This document shows, one piece after another, positions 8,231-18,477 of a DNA stretch of 34,916 nt. This DNA comes from a virus (Duplodnaviria > Caudoviricetes). A program made the position numbers and the translations under genes. Location of the stretch: IMG/VR virus record IMGVR_UViG_3300029822_000042, positions 1 to 34,916 of that record. One strand, written 5' to 3'. Below the pieces are notes generated by a model that was not told where the DNA came from, did not search any database, and worked only from the letters and a program-made list of their open reading frames with translations. How positions within the stretch are numbered: position 1 is the first letter of the stretch; every line of letters begins with the position of its first letter.

Positions 8231-8817
8231 TGTCCAAGAGCACGGTAACCCTTAATGTCAAGTCGAACGATAGCGTTTGGCGCCGCATTAAGAGTGCTGT
8301 GACCGGACGCACCCTCCGTGGTTCTTACGTCAAGGTCGGCATCGTAGGTGAAGAAAATAAGGTGGTCGACGCAGAGGGCGTTCCCCAAAAGTTCACAGTG
8401 GCCAGATTAGCTGCCGTCCATGAGTTCGGAGCCACCATAAAGGGCAACCGGGGCGTCATTAAGATACCCGAACGTTCCTTTCTCCGGTCTACTTTCGAGG
8501 AGCATGAGGACGAATACATGAAGGACCTCACGGTCCTTGCCCAACAGGTCTACGAGGCCAAAGTCAAGCCCCGGCAGGCTCTTGACCTCGTAGGTATGAA
8601 GATGGTAGCCCATGTCAAGGCGAAAATACGGTCCAACATCCCTCCGCCGAACGCTCCCAGTGTTTACGCCCGCAAGCTACTTGCCGGGGAGTGGAACAAA
8701 CGTGGGAAGGCCCAGGCTCGCGGCGGGACGCCCGTGACCCTCATTGACACCTCCAAGAACCTCCTCAACCGCATCACTCACTTGGTAGTGCTCGCGAAGG
8801 GCACGAAGGACGACTAA
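8230..8817 (+). CDS. Neck / virion morphogenesis protein
   Basis: VKVGI, AAVHEFG, IPERSFLRST, PPNAPS, LIDT motifs; TGATG translational coupling. Confidence 0.8.
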   Translation: MSKSTVTLNVKSNDSVWRRIKSAVTGRTLRGSYVKVGIVGEENKVVDAEGVPQKFTVARLAAVHEFGATIKGNRGVIKIPERSFLRSTFEEHEDEYMKDLTVLAQQVYEAKVKPRQALDLVGMKMVAHVKAKIRSNIPPPNAPSVYARKLLAGEWNKRGKAQARGGTPVTLIDTSKNLLNRITHLVVLAKGTKDD

Positions 8818-9173
8818 TGCTTGACAACATGGCCGACCTCGTCCAGCAGATGCGGACTGGCACCTACTTGGTGAAGCGGTCTCCCGGCGGTGAGTATGTC
8901 AGCGGCCACTATGTCCACAGTGGACCGGACAACGAGTTTCAGGTCGAGGCCAGCATCCAGCCCGCAACAGGCTGGACCTTGGACCACTGGGCGGAAGGCG
9001 ACTACGCTCGCGACGTCCGCGATGTCTACGCCTCCTTCAAATTTGAGGTTGGCGACATTGTCGTCGTTGACGAGTCCGGCTACGAATACAAGGTGATGAG
9101 CGTCGAGGACTATATGGACTCCGGCAACTACTGCTACGCTGTCATCCGCAGAAAGGACGTCGGCTACAGATGA
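8817..9173 (+). CDS. Head closure / head-tail connector protein
   Basis: ASIQP motif, size, synteny, TAATG coupling. Confidence 0.7.
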   Translation: MLDNMADLVQQMRTGTYLVKRSPGGEYVSGHYVHSGPDNEFQVEASIQPATGWTLDHWAEGDYARDVRDVYASFKFEVGDIVVVDESGYEYKVMSVEDYMDSGNYCYAVIRRKDVGYR

Positions 9174-9718
9174 CCCGCAAAGAGCTAGAGGACGCCCTTA
9201 TTGCCATGATTAGCTCGGCGACAGGTGTCCTGACCTACCTCGAGCACCCTAACGCACCGACACCGGACGAGTACCCCTACGCAACCATCAATGTCGGCGG
9301 AGCCAGGCCCTACGGCGGCATCCCTTGGCAGCAAAACAGGCTGCTGCCAAATGGCGGGCCGGGCGCCGACCTCGAGGTCATCCACACTGAGCCTGTGCGC
9401 TGGAACGTGACAGTTCACGTTTACTCGGCCGAGCCGAACGGCAACGGGTGCGCTGTGGCCATCGCCGACACTGCCCGCCGCCAAATGTCGCTCACTTCGG
9501 TATACAAATGCCTGAGTGATGTTGGGTCGACCTTGAGAAACCGCGGGGAGGTTGTAGATGTAGGCGAGGCAGTCGAAGGCGGCTGGCGAGGCCATGCCCA
9601 GTTTGACCTCGAGATTCTCGGCGTTGTGAGTGCATCCGAAGTTACCACTTGGATCGAGAGGACGAGGACACCGCTTATCACCCTGAACCCTGACGGCACC
9701 GTCAGTGGCGAAACCTAG
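9170..9718 (+). CDS. Tail terminator / neck protein
   Basis: PTPDEYPYATI and AQFDL motifs; immediately before the sheath gene; ATGA overlap. Confidence 0.7.
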   Translation: MTRKELEDALIAMISSATGVLTYLEHPNAPTPDEYPYATINVGGARPYGGIPWQQNRLLPNGGPGADLEVIHTEPVRWNVTVHVYSAEPNGNGCAVAIADTARRQMSLTSVYKCLSDVGSTLRNRGEVVDVGEAVEGGWRGHAQFDLEILGVVSASEVTTWIERTRTPLITLNPDGTVSGET

Positions 9719-9729
9719 GAGATGCAAAA

Positions 9730-11052
9730 ATGGCAGATATTCGCGACGTCGTCGACGTCCAGATCACCGCCTCGTCCGACCGCGTGTCGCGGCAGGGGTT
9801 CGGTGTGCCGCTGGTCGTCACTCACAAGCAGCTGTTCCCCGAGCGCACGCGGGTCGTCAAGAAGATCGACGACGTGACGGACCTCGGCTACACCAGCGCA
9901 GACCCCGAGTACAAGGCAATCAGCGCCCTCTTCAGCCAGAAGCCGCGTCCCCCGACGGTGCTGCTGGGGCGTGCCGCGGGCGTTCCCACGCTTTCATGGA
10001 AGCTGGTCCCCACCGTCCTCACTTCGCAGAAGTACGCGGTCGTCATCAACGGTGTCGAGTATTCCTTCACCAGCGACTCTTCCGCGCTGCTTGCTGAGAT
10101 CCTCGCCGGGCTCGAGACCGCCATTAACGCGGCGACTTTGACGCACGGCCTGACCGCCGACGACGCGAGCGGGACGCACCTCGTGCTGACCGCCTCGGAG
10201 GGCGCATGGGCCTCGCTGAAGGTCACCGACACGACCAAGCTCTCCGTCGAGAACACGACGGCCGACCCCGGCATGGCTGCGGACTTGGCTGCTATCAAGC
10301 TGGAGAGCAACGCGTTCTACGCGATTCACACGCTCTTCAACAGCAAGGCTATCATCTCTGCTGTCGCTGCCTGGGCTGAGACGAACTTCAAGCTCTACCT
10401 CGCCACGAGCCAGGACTCCGCCATGGAGAACACGCCTGCGACGGAGGGCGCCACCGACGTTGGCAAGACCCTGAAGGGCCTTGGGTACGACCGCACGTCC
10501 CTCTACTACTCTCGTGACAACGGGAACTTCCAGGCCGAAGGCACTGCAGGCCGCTGCCTTCCGATGGACCCTGGCTCGGAGACGTGGGCGCACAAGACAC
10601 TCCGGGGCGTGGCAGTGGAAACGTTCACGCCGACGCAGGTCGCCAACCTGGAGGCTCGCAATATCAACCGCTACGAAGCCATTGCAGGTGTCAGCGTGAC
10701 CCTGTGGGGCAAGGTCGTGAGCGGCGAGTACATCGACATCATCCGGTTCTGTGACTGGCTCGAGGCCCGAATGGGGGAGCGCATCTTCGGGACCATCAGC
10801 GCTGCGCCCGGCAAGATTCCGTACACCGACGATGGCGTCGAGATGTTGTCGAAGGAGGTGCGGGCAACGCTGCAACAGGGCGTTACCGCGGGCGGGCTGG
10901 CGTCTGATCCTGAGCCCACTGTGACCCCGACGAAGGTGGCCGACGCGGACCCTGCCGACCGCGCGGGTCGCCTCGCCCCTCTCATCTACTTCGAAGGCAC
11001 CTTGGCGGGCGCCATCCACAAGGCCAAGATCCGCGGCGCCGTTTCGGTCTAA
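9730..11052 (+). CDS. Tail sheath protein (DUF3383)
   Basis: VVDVQIT, GFGVPL, FSQKPRP, PGSETWAHKTLRGV, KIPYTDDG, LAGAIH motifs. Confidence 0.92.
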   Translation: MADIRDVVDVQITASSDRVSRQGFGVPLVVTHKQLFPERTRVVKKIDDVTDLGYTSADPEYKAISALFSQKPRPPTVLLGRAAGVPTLSWKLVPTVLTSQKYAVVINGVEYSFTSDSSALLAEILAGLETAINAATLTHGLTADDASGTHLVLTASEGAWASLKVTDTTKLSVENTTADPGMAADLAAIKLESNAFYAIHTLFNSKAIISAVAAWAETNFKLYLATSQDSAMENTPATEGATDVGKTLKGLGYDRTSLYYSRDNGNFQAEGTAGRCLPMDPGSETWAHKTLRGVAVETFTPTQVANLEARNINRYEAIAGVSVTLWGKVVSGEYIDIIRFCDWLEARMGERIFGTISAAPGKIPYTDDGVEMLSKEVRATLQQGVTAGGLASDPEPTVTPTKVADADPADRAGRLAPLIYFEGTLAGAIHKAKIRGAVSV

Positions 11053-11074
11053 CACAAGCAAGGGAGTAAACACA

Positions 11075-11506
11075 ATGCCACAGCGGACCTATGACCCCAA
11101 GGCCGTCACGGCTGCGTTTGGTGAGGTGCTCCTCAGTGGTTTCGCTGAGGGCACGTTCATCAAGGCCAGCCGCGACAAAGATCGCTTTACCAAGAAGGTC
11201 GGAGCTCGCGGCGAGGTGACCCGCATCAAGGTGAACGACCGCAGCGGCCGTGTCGAGGTGACACTCGACCAGTCGTCGCCTGTGAACGACTACCTGCAGG
11301 CCATCGCCTTGCAGGACGAAGCAGCCAACGCTGGCGTGAGGTCGTTCTCCATCGTCGACCACCTTGGGACAACCTACGTCCACGCAGAGAACTCGTGGAT
11401 CGTGAAGGACCCCGATGTCGAGGAGGGCACCGACCTCACGACGAGGACCTGGATCTTCGACCTCGCGGAGATGATCAAGTTCGTCGGTGGCTCATTCGCC
11501 ACCTAA
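11075..11506 (+). CDS. Tail tube protein (DUF3277-like)
   Basis: TYDPKAV, GFAEGTFI, VGARGE, TLDQSSPVN; follows the sheath gene. Confidence 0.88.
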   Translation: MPQRTYDPKAVTAAFGEVLLSGFAEGTFIKASRDKDRFTKKVGARGEVTRIKVNDRSGRVEVTLDQSSPVNDYLQAIALQDEAANAGVRSFSIVDHLGTTYVHAENSWIVKDPDVEEGTDLTTRTWIFDLAEMIKFVGGSFAT

Positions 11507-11516
11507 CCATTCACCA

Positions 11517-11557
11517 GAGCCCGGCCTCGGACCTCCGGGGTCGGGCTCATCTTTTAT
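11517..11557 (+). terminator. Rho-independent terminator after the tail tube gene
   Basis: 14-bp stem with two G.U pairs, 4-nt loop, then ATCTTTTAT. Confidence 0.75.
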
Positions 11558-11570
11558 CTGAGGCGCACAG

Positions 11571-12035
11571 ATGCAAAAGATGAAAACGATTGTCCTCTCC
11601 GACGGCGAGTTCACGGTCCGCCAGCTTGACGGCATGACCGGAGCACTTCTCCTCCCCCAGGTGGTCGCGTTGGTTGGCCCAGCTTTTGAGAAGATGTTGC
11701 CGATGCTACGCAAGTTCATGGCCGCGCCAGACCCCGAGAAAGTGGAGGTCGACATCGGTGAGGCCATCATGGGCTTGACCGAGGCATGCAGGGCGGCTAA
11801 CCCTGACCTCCTGAAGCGCGTGGTCACAGAGCTCCTCAGCACGGCAACCGTCGACGGTGTCGAGCTGAAGGTCAAGCTCCCTGTCTTGTTCCAGGGTAAG
11901 CCGTTCGACTTCTACCGACTCGTGTGGTTTGCCCTGATGTTGAATTACTCGCGTTTTTTCAACGATGCGGTGGCGCAGCTCGGACACCTGTCCGCCGCAA
12001 AGAAGGCAAGCGGGTCCACCTCCCCGACCACCTAA
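11571..12035 (+). CDS. Tail assembly chaperone (G-like)
   Basis: Between tube and tape measure genes; contains the slippery site T TTT TTC at 11954-11960. Confidence 0.85.
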   Translation: MQKMKTIVLSDGEFTVRQLDGMTGALLLPQVVALVGPAFEKMLPMLRKFMAAPDPEKVEVDIGEAIMGLTEACRAANPDLLKRVVTELLSTATVDGVELKVKLPVLFQGKPFDFYRLVWFALMLNYSRFFNDAVAQLGHLSAAKKASGSTSPTT

Positions 12036-12178
12036 AAGACGCCTGGCCAGTGTGGCGCGTTGTCAAGGAGGGGATGGCCACACTCCAAGAGATCGAAGCA
12101 CACTGGTCAGTTGAAGACGTGCTGAACGCCAACGTCGTCCTCGACGCCTGGCACGAGGCTGCTACAAGCGAGGGATGA
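11954..12178 (+). CDS. -1 frameshift extension of the tail assembly chaperone (GT-like)
   Basis: The -1 frame is open from the slippery heptamer to TGA 12178 and encodes WRVVKEGMATLQEIEAHWSVEDVLNAN. Confidence 0.75.
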   Translation, partial: FFQRCGGAARTPVRRKEGKRVHLPDHLKDAWPVWRVVKEGMATLQEIEAHWSVEDVLNANVVLDAWHEAATSEG

Positions 12179-12179
12179 T

Positions 12180-13754
12180 ATGGTTGTCAAGGAATTGTTT
12201 GCCAAGCTGGGCATTAAGGTTGACAAAGCTGGCATTAAGCAAGCCCAAAAGGCATTCGATTCCTTTGACCGAGGGCTGAAGAAGCTGGGGCTCGTGGCTG
12301 TAGGGGCGGCCACAAGCCTCGGCTACCTCGTAGACCGCGTGGCAACAACAGGCAAGCATGTCGCTACCATGTCACGCAATATGGGCATATCCCGGGAGAA
12401 CCTTCAGGGCCTTGGACACGCGGCGGAACTAGCTGGCGCGTCCTCGGAGCACCTTGAGTCGGCCCTTATGGCCCTCAATATGAAGGTCCATGCCGCCTCA
12501 CTGGGGTCAAAAGGCGTTGCCCGCGATTTCGGCATGATAGGCGTGAGCATGTTTCGCGCTGGCGGCGGGCTGAAGAATGGCGAGGAGCTTCTTCGCGACA
12601 TCGCCGACCGCCTGGCTAAAATGCCCGATGGAACGCGTAAGACAGCCCTCGCCATACGTGTCCTCGGAGAAAGCGCCTCCGAGCTAATGCCCTTACTGTC
12701 AAGGGGTAGCGCGGGTCTCGACGAGTACCGGCGGGCAGGCGAACGCTATGGCGCCACGATGACCGACGAGTTGATCGACGCCTCGGTTGCATACGTCAAG
12801 GCGAAGAAGGAGCTTGGCCTCGCAACGCAGGGGCTCAAGCTAGCCATCTTTGAGCCGGGAGTCAAGCTAGTTTCGGACGTTGTCCACTGGCTCACTGAAA
12901 TGGCATTACAAGCCCGTCCTGTCCTCAAGGCCTCCGCTGAGTTCATCCTCCAGTGGAAGGTTATTGAGGTCCTTGTGGGGAACTTTGCCATCCTGCTGGC
13001 CGGACGGGCTGGCTATGCTGTGGTTGCATTCTCGTACAAGCTAGAAAAGCTCATACTCTTTGTGAGGGCTCTTGGCCGCGCCGGAGTCAAGGCAATAGTG
13101 GCTCCCGCCCTTATGGGAGCTGCCTACCTTGCCCTCGCTGGCCTCATTTACGTCGTCTTTGAGGACATCATCAAGTTCTTCAAAGGCACCAATTCACTCA
13201 TTGGCGAAATGACCAAAAGCTTCGACGAGCTTTGGGAGACCATAGACGACGTTGACCCGAACTACGGGGACAACCATCCTGTCCGCCTCTTCCTCCTGTC
13301 CATGCTTTACACTGTGACTCACTTGGAGGAGACTTGGAAGAGATGGAAGGGCCTCCTAAGTACCACGAAGCCCGACACAACCCTTGAGCACCTGCGGGCG
13401 GGCGGCGAAATGCCCGTCGGAGGCAAGCTCAAGACAATGTTCGGAAACAGCGGCTACGCCCCTGTGGACAACCTTGGCTTCCTGGACAGGATGGCCTCTG
13501 TTTGGCATGTCAACCCCGAGGAGCGAGCGAAATACTGGGGTGGAGGGTCAACGCCGGCCGCGTCTGTGTCCTCGAGTAACAGCACGGTTACCACGAACAA
13601 CAGCAGGGTGAATGCGAGTCGTATCCATGTCGAACAGCATATCACCGCTGCCCCTGGCATGAGTGAGACTGAGGTGGCGAAAAAGGCCCGGGAGGAGTTT
13701 GAGCGCCTCTTTGAGGCCGAAATGTCGTATGCCGGGGAGGTGGTCGCACCATGA
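12180..13754 (+). CDS. Tape measure protein
   Basis: MVVKELFAKLGIKVD start; helical and Ala/Gly-rich with a hydrophobic mid-region; synteny. Confidence 0.88.
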   Translation: MVVKELFAKLGIKVDKAGIKQAQKAFDSFDRGLKKLGLVAVGAATSLGYLVDRVATTGKHVATMSRNMGISRENLQGLGHAAELAGASSEHLESALMALNMKVHAASLGSKGVARDFGMIGVSMFRAGGGLKNGEELLRDIADRLAKMPDGTRKTALAIRVLGESASELMPLLSRGSAGLDEYRRAGERYGATMTDELIDASVAYVKAKKELGLATQGLKLAIFEPGVKLVSDVVHWLTEMALQARPVLKASAEFILQWKVIEVLVGNFAILLAGRAGYAVVAFSYKLEKLILFVRALGRAGVKAIVAPALMGAAYLALAGLIYVVFEDIIKFFKGTNSLIGEMTKSFDELWETIDDVDPNYGDNHPVRLFLLSMLYTVTHLEETWKRWKGLLSTTKPDTTLEHLRAGGEMPVGGKLKTMFGNSGYAPVDNLGFLDRMASVWHVNPEERAKYWGGGSTPAASVSSSNSTVTTNNSRVNASRIHVEQHITAAPGMSETEVAKKAREEFERLFEAEMSYAGEVVAP

Positions 13755-14287
13755 CTCGCGTGAACAAGGTTGGGGACATAGCGGTCGACGCTACAATGAG
13801 TGAGTCTCATACTCACGAGTACGAGGTGACGACCAACCCCGTAGAGGGGAGTGCTCCCATCACCGACCATATCATCCGGCAGCCTCGCAAGTTCACAATC
13901 ACAGGTGTCATTACAAATTCGCCTGTCGATCAAGGGCTGGGGCTGGACCTCCGTGAAGGACTGGAGCGGCGTGCTGAGTCGGCTTATGACGACCTGATAG
14001 CACTTGCGGATGCTTGCGGAGTTGTGACTCTGGAGACTACCCTTGGAACTCTCCAGAATATGGCACTCTCCTCAATTGAGGTCACGAGAGACCCCGACAC
14101 AGGCGATGCCATCCAGTTTACACTCTCATGCCAAGAGATCGTAATTGTAGGCATCCAGCTAGTGCAGCTCCCTGTCCAAGACCAAGTCGGAAGGCCACCA
14201 GCTGATCGGGGTAAGCAGCCTGTAAAAGAAGTCAAGGAGGGAAGTATTCTCTACAATGCTTTCTTCGGCCCGAATTTGAGGAGGTAG
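13751..14287 (+). CDS. Dit-like baseplate/tube initiator protein
   Basis: DATMSESH, VTTNPVEGSAPITDH motifs; follows the tape measure gene. Confidence 0.8.
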   Translation: MTRVNKVGDIAVDATMSESHTHEYEVTTNPVEGSAPITDHIIRQPRKFTITGVITNSPVDQGLGLDLREGLERRAESAYDDLIALADACGVVTLETTLGTLQNMALSSIEVTRDPDTGDAIQFTLSCQEIVIVGIQLVQLPVQDQVGRPPADRGKQPVKEVKEGSILYNAFFGPNLRR

Positions 14288-14289
14288 CC

Positions 14290-14604
14290 GTGCTATACGA
14301 GATTCCGGTCGACAGCACTGTGGGGCACCAAACGTTCGAGGTAGAGTTGAGCGGGGCGTCCTACCGTATCGAGCTCCGGTGGAACAACAGGGCACAGGCA
14401 TGGTTCATTTCTCTCTACTCGGGAACAGGCAAGCCTCTCCTCCTTGGAAGGCGCCTCGTTGTCAATACCAACATCCTCAGGCGCCATAGGACACCTGAGT
14501 TTCCGCCCGGTGACCTTGTTGCTGTCGATACCACTGGCTCCAATGCCGACCCTGGGGCAGACGAAATAGGGAAGCGCGTAAAGCTGCTGTATGCAGAGGG
14601 GTAG
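14290..14604 (+). CDS. Baseplate plug-like protein
   Basis: QTFEVELSG.YRIELRWN...W...LLY pattern; GAGGAGG RBS with GTG start. Confidence 0.75.
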   Translation: MLYEIPVDSTVGHQTFEVELSGASYRIELRWNNRAQAWFISLYSGTGKPLLLGRRLVVNTNILRRHRTPEFPPGDLVAVDTTGSNADPGADEIGKRVKLLYAEG

Positions 14605-14607
14605 CCC

Positions 14608-15438
14608 ATGAAGTTGTTCAATCGTACAGCTGCCGTTACAGTGGACGACGTTCGCGCTGAGGACTTGCGCCTTGCTTTCTCTACGCGGAAGACGTGGACG
14701 AGCGAGCCTAACGCCTCCGAGATTACCATCTACAATCCCGGTCCAGACCTAATGAGCGCCGTGAAAAAGGGGGCTCGCGTCGTCTTGGAGGTGGGCTGGA
14801 ACTGGCAGATGTCAATACTCGCTAAGGGCCGCATTCTCTTCCATCAGACAAAGCGCCAAGGTCCGGACAAGACCCTCGTCCTTAATGTATCCGACGGGGG
14901 ACACGAGCTGTCGCGCGCCTTCACGTCCGCAGCCTACAGTGGAACCGTCGAGATCCGGAAAGTCCTTAAGAGCCTAGCGTCAGACCTTCAGGTGGGCGTC
15001 GGCAATGCGCTCAAAAGGGTGGAAGAGGGCGACGTTAAGGGTGCTGTAGACCAGTGGATGAACGGCATGGCCCTACACGGTAAGACCGGGGATGCACTGG
15101 ACCGCGTGCTTGGCTTGGCAGGACTAGACTGGTCTATCCAGGACGGCGAGCTCCTCGTAATGAAGGCAGGCGAATTTACGAATGACCCTGTTGTAATCGT
15201 CAATAGGGAAACCGGACTAATAGGGTCTCCCGAAACGCAGGTTTCTATAGCTGGGAACGTAGTCGTTCCTATGCGCATGACGTCTTTCACATCGCTGCTC
15301 AACCCGCTCATCCGCCCGGGGCGCCGCGTCAGCCTAGATGGTGAGCATATTAAGGGGCTCCTTGCTGTTGCCTTTGTAACTCACACAGGTGACACACGCG
15401 GCGACGAGTGGAGCACGAAAGTCGAGGGATGGCTATGA
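14608..15438 (+). CDS. Baseplate hub protein
   Basis: PNASEITIYN, WSIQDGEL, TGLIGSP, LLNPLIRPG, HTGDTRG motifs. Confidence 0.85.
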   Translation: MKLFNRTAAVTVDDVRAEDLRLAFSTRKTWTSEPNASEITIYNPGPDLMSAVKKGARVVLEVGWNWQMSILAKGRILFHQTKRQGPDKTLVLNVSDGGHELSRAFTSAAYSGTVEIRKVLKSLASDLQVGVGNALKRVEEGDVKGAVDQWMNGMALHGKTGDALDRVLGLAGLDWSIQDGELLVMKAGEFTNDPVVIVNRETGLIGSPETQVSIAGNVVVPMRMTSFTSLLNPLIRPGRRVSLDGEHIKGLLAVAFVTHTGDTRGDEWSTKVEGWL

Positions 15439-16094
15439 CCACAAGGCTTGCTGAGGTCATAGGCCTCGCCCTCAAGGCCCAAGCGATTGACCTTCACGTC
15501 TCGTGCCCCGGACGTATTGTCCGGTTCGACGCGGACACTCAGCTGGCGGACGTGAAGCCAATTATCCGCCAAATACGTCCTCGCGATGGTAAGAAGGTAA
15601 CTCTCCCCTTACCTGTCATTACAGGCGTCCCTGTCCAGTTTGCAGGGGCAGGGGGCTTCCGCCTTACCTTTCCGGTCAAGAAGGGGGAGCCTTGCTGGCT
15701 CATATTCGCCGACGGTTGCATCGACAAGTATGTCCACAAAGGGGGCGAGGATGTCGACCCCCTAGACCCTCGCACGCACGACCTCTCCGACGCTGTCTGC
15801 ATACTGGGGTTGCGGAGCTTACAGGACCGGCTTCGGGATGTATCTACCAATTCTATGAAGATTGGTAAAGATGGAGGGGATGCACAAATCGAGCTCTTTG
15901 ACGACCGAATAGAGCTCGGTGGGAATAGCGACTACGCCGCCCTAGCGTCGAAAGTTGACGACGTGGCCGAGGTGCTAAAGGCGGCCATTAACACTCACAG
16001 CCACGTTGTCACAGGCACAGCCGCAGCGGCCACGACGAACGGTGTCCTCCAATCCTTACCTAGTGTGGCGTCCAGCAAAGTGAGGCTCTCTTGA
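15435..16094 (+). CDS. Baseplate central spike (Gp138-like)
   Basis: PGRIVRFD, VPVQF, FPVKKGEPC, RTHDLSDA and the C-terminal HxH iron-binding motif (THSH). Confidence 0.88.
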   Translation: MTTRLAEVIGLALKAQAIDLHVSCPGRIVRFDADTQLADVKPIIRQIRPRDGKKVTLPLPVITGVPVQFAGAGGFRLTFPVKKGEPCWLIFADGCIDKYVHKGGEDVDPLDPRTHDLSDAVCILGLRSLQDRLRDVSTNSMKIGKDGGDAQIELFDDRIELGGNSDYAALASKVDDVAEVLKAAINTHSHVVTGTAAAATTNGVLQSLPSVASSKVRLS

Positions 16095-16471
16095 GTATTT
16101 ATGACCTGGAGCTCGACGAGGAGACAGGCGACATCATCCTCTCTTCGGGTGACCTCGCTACGATAGCCGATGCTGGGGAGGCGATACGGCAGGACGTTGA
16201 GCAGCACCTGCGGAGCTTCAAGGACGAGTGGTTCTTGGAGAAGGGCCAGGGTAAGGGGGTTGACTACTTTGGCCTCGTCCTAGTCAAGAGTCCAAACCTC
16301 CCAGCCATACGCCGCGAGTTTATCAAGGCCATCAGCTCACGACCGGGCATCGTTGCAGTGAACAGTCTCGAGTTTGCATTCGACCGGGCAAGCCGCGAGC
16401 TCTCAATCACATGGTCCGCCGACACGACTGAGGGGACTAACGTCGGCTCAACAATGAGGGTCACCCTATGA
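16091..16471 (+). CDS. Baseplate wedge protein (gp25/DUF2634-like)
   Basis: AIRQ...L..FKDEWFL...GVDY motif; TTGA overlap start. Confidence 0.8.
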   Translation: MSIYDLELDEETGDIILSSGDLATIADAGEAIRQDVEQHLRSFKDEWFLEKGQGKGVDYFGLVLVKSPNLPAIRREFIKAISSRPGIVAVNSLEFAFDRASRELSITWSADTTEGTNVGSTMRVTL

Positions 16472-17643
16472 CTGACTACGGCCTCACTCCACAAGGGTTT
16501 GTCCCGAAGCCTGTCGACGCTATCAAGGCCGATATGGAGGCGGACCTGCGGGGTCAATTCGGTCCATCTATTAACCTCGAGAGCCATACGGTCTTCGGGC
16601 AGCTGGTCGGCCTTATGTCAGAGAGACACGGCTCCCTTTGGGATGCCCTCCAAGACGTCTATGCGTCGATGTACCCTGACACAGCAACGGGGGCATCTCT
16701 GGTAGACGTTTGTGCCTTAACAGGCACCATTCCTGACCCCGCCCTCAAGACCAAAGTGGTGGCTACGCTGTCTGGTACGCCTGGCACTGTCATCCCAGCG
16801 GGGAAGGTGGTAGGGGTCCCCAACGTCGGCACGCGGTTCGTTACGACGGCGGACGCCACCATAGGTGCCGGAGGTACTGTGGACACGGAGGTCGAGGCCG
16901 AGGAGTATGGGCCGCTGTCGTGCTACGCTGGGACTTTGACCGAAATCGTTACTCCCCTCTTTGGATGGGATGCTGTAACCAACGACGCCGACCACTTTCT
17001 CCTAGGCACAAACGCCCCCACCGACGACGTGATTCGAGCACAGCGTGAGGACGAGTTGGCCGCCGGTGGCAAGTCTACCATCGATGCAATTCGTGCAGAC
17101 GTATTAAAGGTCGATGGGGTCACGTCGTGTGTCGTGTTCGAGAACACGACCGATGTGGCCAACGGCGACGGCATGCCACCCCACTCGGTCGAGGTTTTGG
17201 TCAAGGGTGGAGCTGACGACTCGGTGGCTGCTGCCGTCTGGGCTTCGAAGCCGGGTGGGATTGAGACCTTTGGAACCATCGAGCGCGAAGTTGAGGGAGC
17301 CGACGGCCGCCTTCACATTGTTGCATTCACCCGGCCGACTATCCGCAGCCTCTACGTCTATGCTGCCATACGCGTTACAACGGACTACCCCATCGACGGC
17401 GACTACAAGGTGAAAGAAGCCATCGTTGCATGGGCTGATGCAAATTATGCCATCGGCAGGGACGCCCATGCTAGCCACCTCTACGGACCCGTCTTCAGTG
17501 TGCCGGGGGTCGACTATGTCCAGGCCATCCTATTCGATGCGGTCGCCCCGGTCGACCCGCTGTTGGGGGAGAACTATATAGGCATTAGTTCTCGCCAGCA
17601 GGCCGACCTAGATACCGCCCGCATCCAGGTCGTTCACGTCTAA
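16468..17643 (+). CDS. Baseplate J / gp47 family protein
   Basis: YGLTPQGF, PDTATGASL, GWDAVTN, ENTT...GMPPHSVE, KPGGIETFG motifs. Confidence 0.9.
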   Translation: MTDYGLTPQGFVPKPVDAIKADMEADLRGQFGPSINLESHTVFGQLVGLMSERHGSLWDALQDVYASMYPDTATGASLVDVCALTGTIPDPALKTKVVATLSGTPGTVIPAGKVVGVPNVGTRFVTTADATIGAGGTVDTEVEAEEYGPLSCYAGTLTEIVTPLFGWDAVTNDADHFLLGTNAPTDDVIRAQREDELAAGGKSTIDAIRADVLKVDGVTSCVVFENTTDVANGDGMPPHSVEVLVKGGADDSVAAAVWASKPGGIETFGTIEREVEGADGRLHIVAFTRPTIRSLYVYAAIRVTTDYPIDGDYKVKEAIVAWADANYAIGRDAHASHLYGPVFSVPGVDYVQAILFDAVAPVDPLLGENYIGISSRQQADLDTARIQVVHV

Positions 17644-17655
17644 AGGGGTGACGCG

Positions 17656-18477
17656 GTGAACCTCATTGACAACCACGCAGAGCAGGCCCTCAGCCGTCTA
17701 CTCTACCAGTATAAGAACAAGCCCAACATCGAGAAGCTTATTCGGGCCCTCTGTGGCGAGGTGAAGAGGATTGAAGACGCAATCTACGGTGTGTTCATAG
17801 GGCGGGCGCTGATGAGCGCTGTCGGCGCCCAGCTCGACGGGCTCGGGCGGGTGCTCAAGCTGGAGCGTGGAGCTTTGAGCGACGAGGAGTACCGCATATG
17901 GCTGCGGGGGCGAATCCTTGCACTGCGCTCGAGCGGTACACCAGATGAACTCATCGAGTTGGTAAACACACTCGTAGACTGCGGTTCTCGTTTTCAGGAA
18001 TACTTCCCCGCTGCGGCCTATGTCCGCCTTCTTGATTCAGTAGGCTCTGCCCGTGAGCAGCTGATTGGCCTCATCGCAGAGGCAAAGTCCGCAGGAGTGG
18101 AGGTGGTCGTCCAATGGGCCGAGGCGCCCGAGGCGACAACGTTGCGCTGCTACGGCAACGAGGTGGTCGCGGCTGAGACGACCTTGGCTTCCGCATCGTC
18201 TATTGGAGCGACACTGTTATCACTCGAGATGGATGTATATACCGACTGGCCTGTTGAGAGTGTCGTTGCGGCAGGAGTTGGTCTATGGACTGCTAATCTG
18301 GAATGGTGCCGCTTCGTATCACGGCCAAGTGCTCACGGGCTCCTGATGATGTACCCGCTAAAATACAAGCACGACGCAGGTGACACTGTCGTTCTTGTTA
18401 CTGATGTTGGCCTCGGTGATACCCGCAACGTAGGGGAGGGCGGACTTATTCCGGGTGCTACTAACGCAAGGAAATGA
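17656..18477 (+). CDS. Baseplate wedge protein (DUF2612-like)
   Basis: LLYQYKNKPNI, AVGAQLDGLG, LSDEEYR, KSAGV motifs. Confidence 0.8.
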   Translation: MNLIDNHAEQALSRLLYQYKNKPNIEKLIRALCGEVKRIEDAIYGVFIGRALMSAVGAQLDGLGRVLKLERGALSDEEYRIWLRGRILALRSSGTPDELIELVNTLVDCGSRFQEYFPAAAYVRLLDSVGSAREQLIGLIAEAKSAGVEVVVQWAEAPEATTLRCYGNEVVAAETTLASASSIGATLLSLEMDVYTDWPVESVVAAGVGLWTANLEWCRFVSRPSAHGLLMMYPLKYKHDAGDTVVLVTDVGLGDTRNVGEGGLIPGATNARK

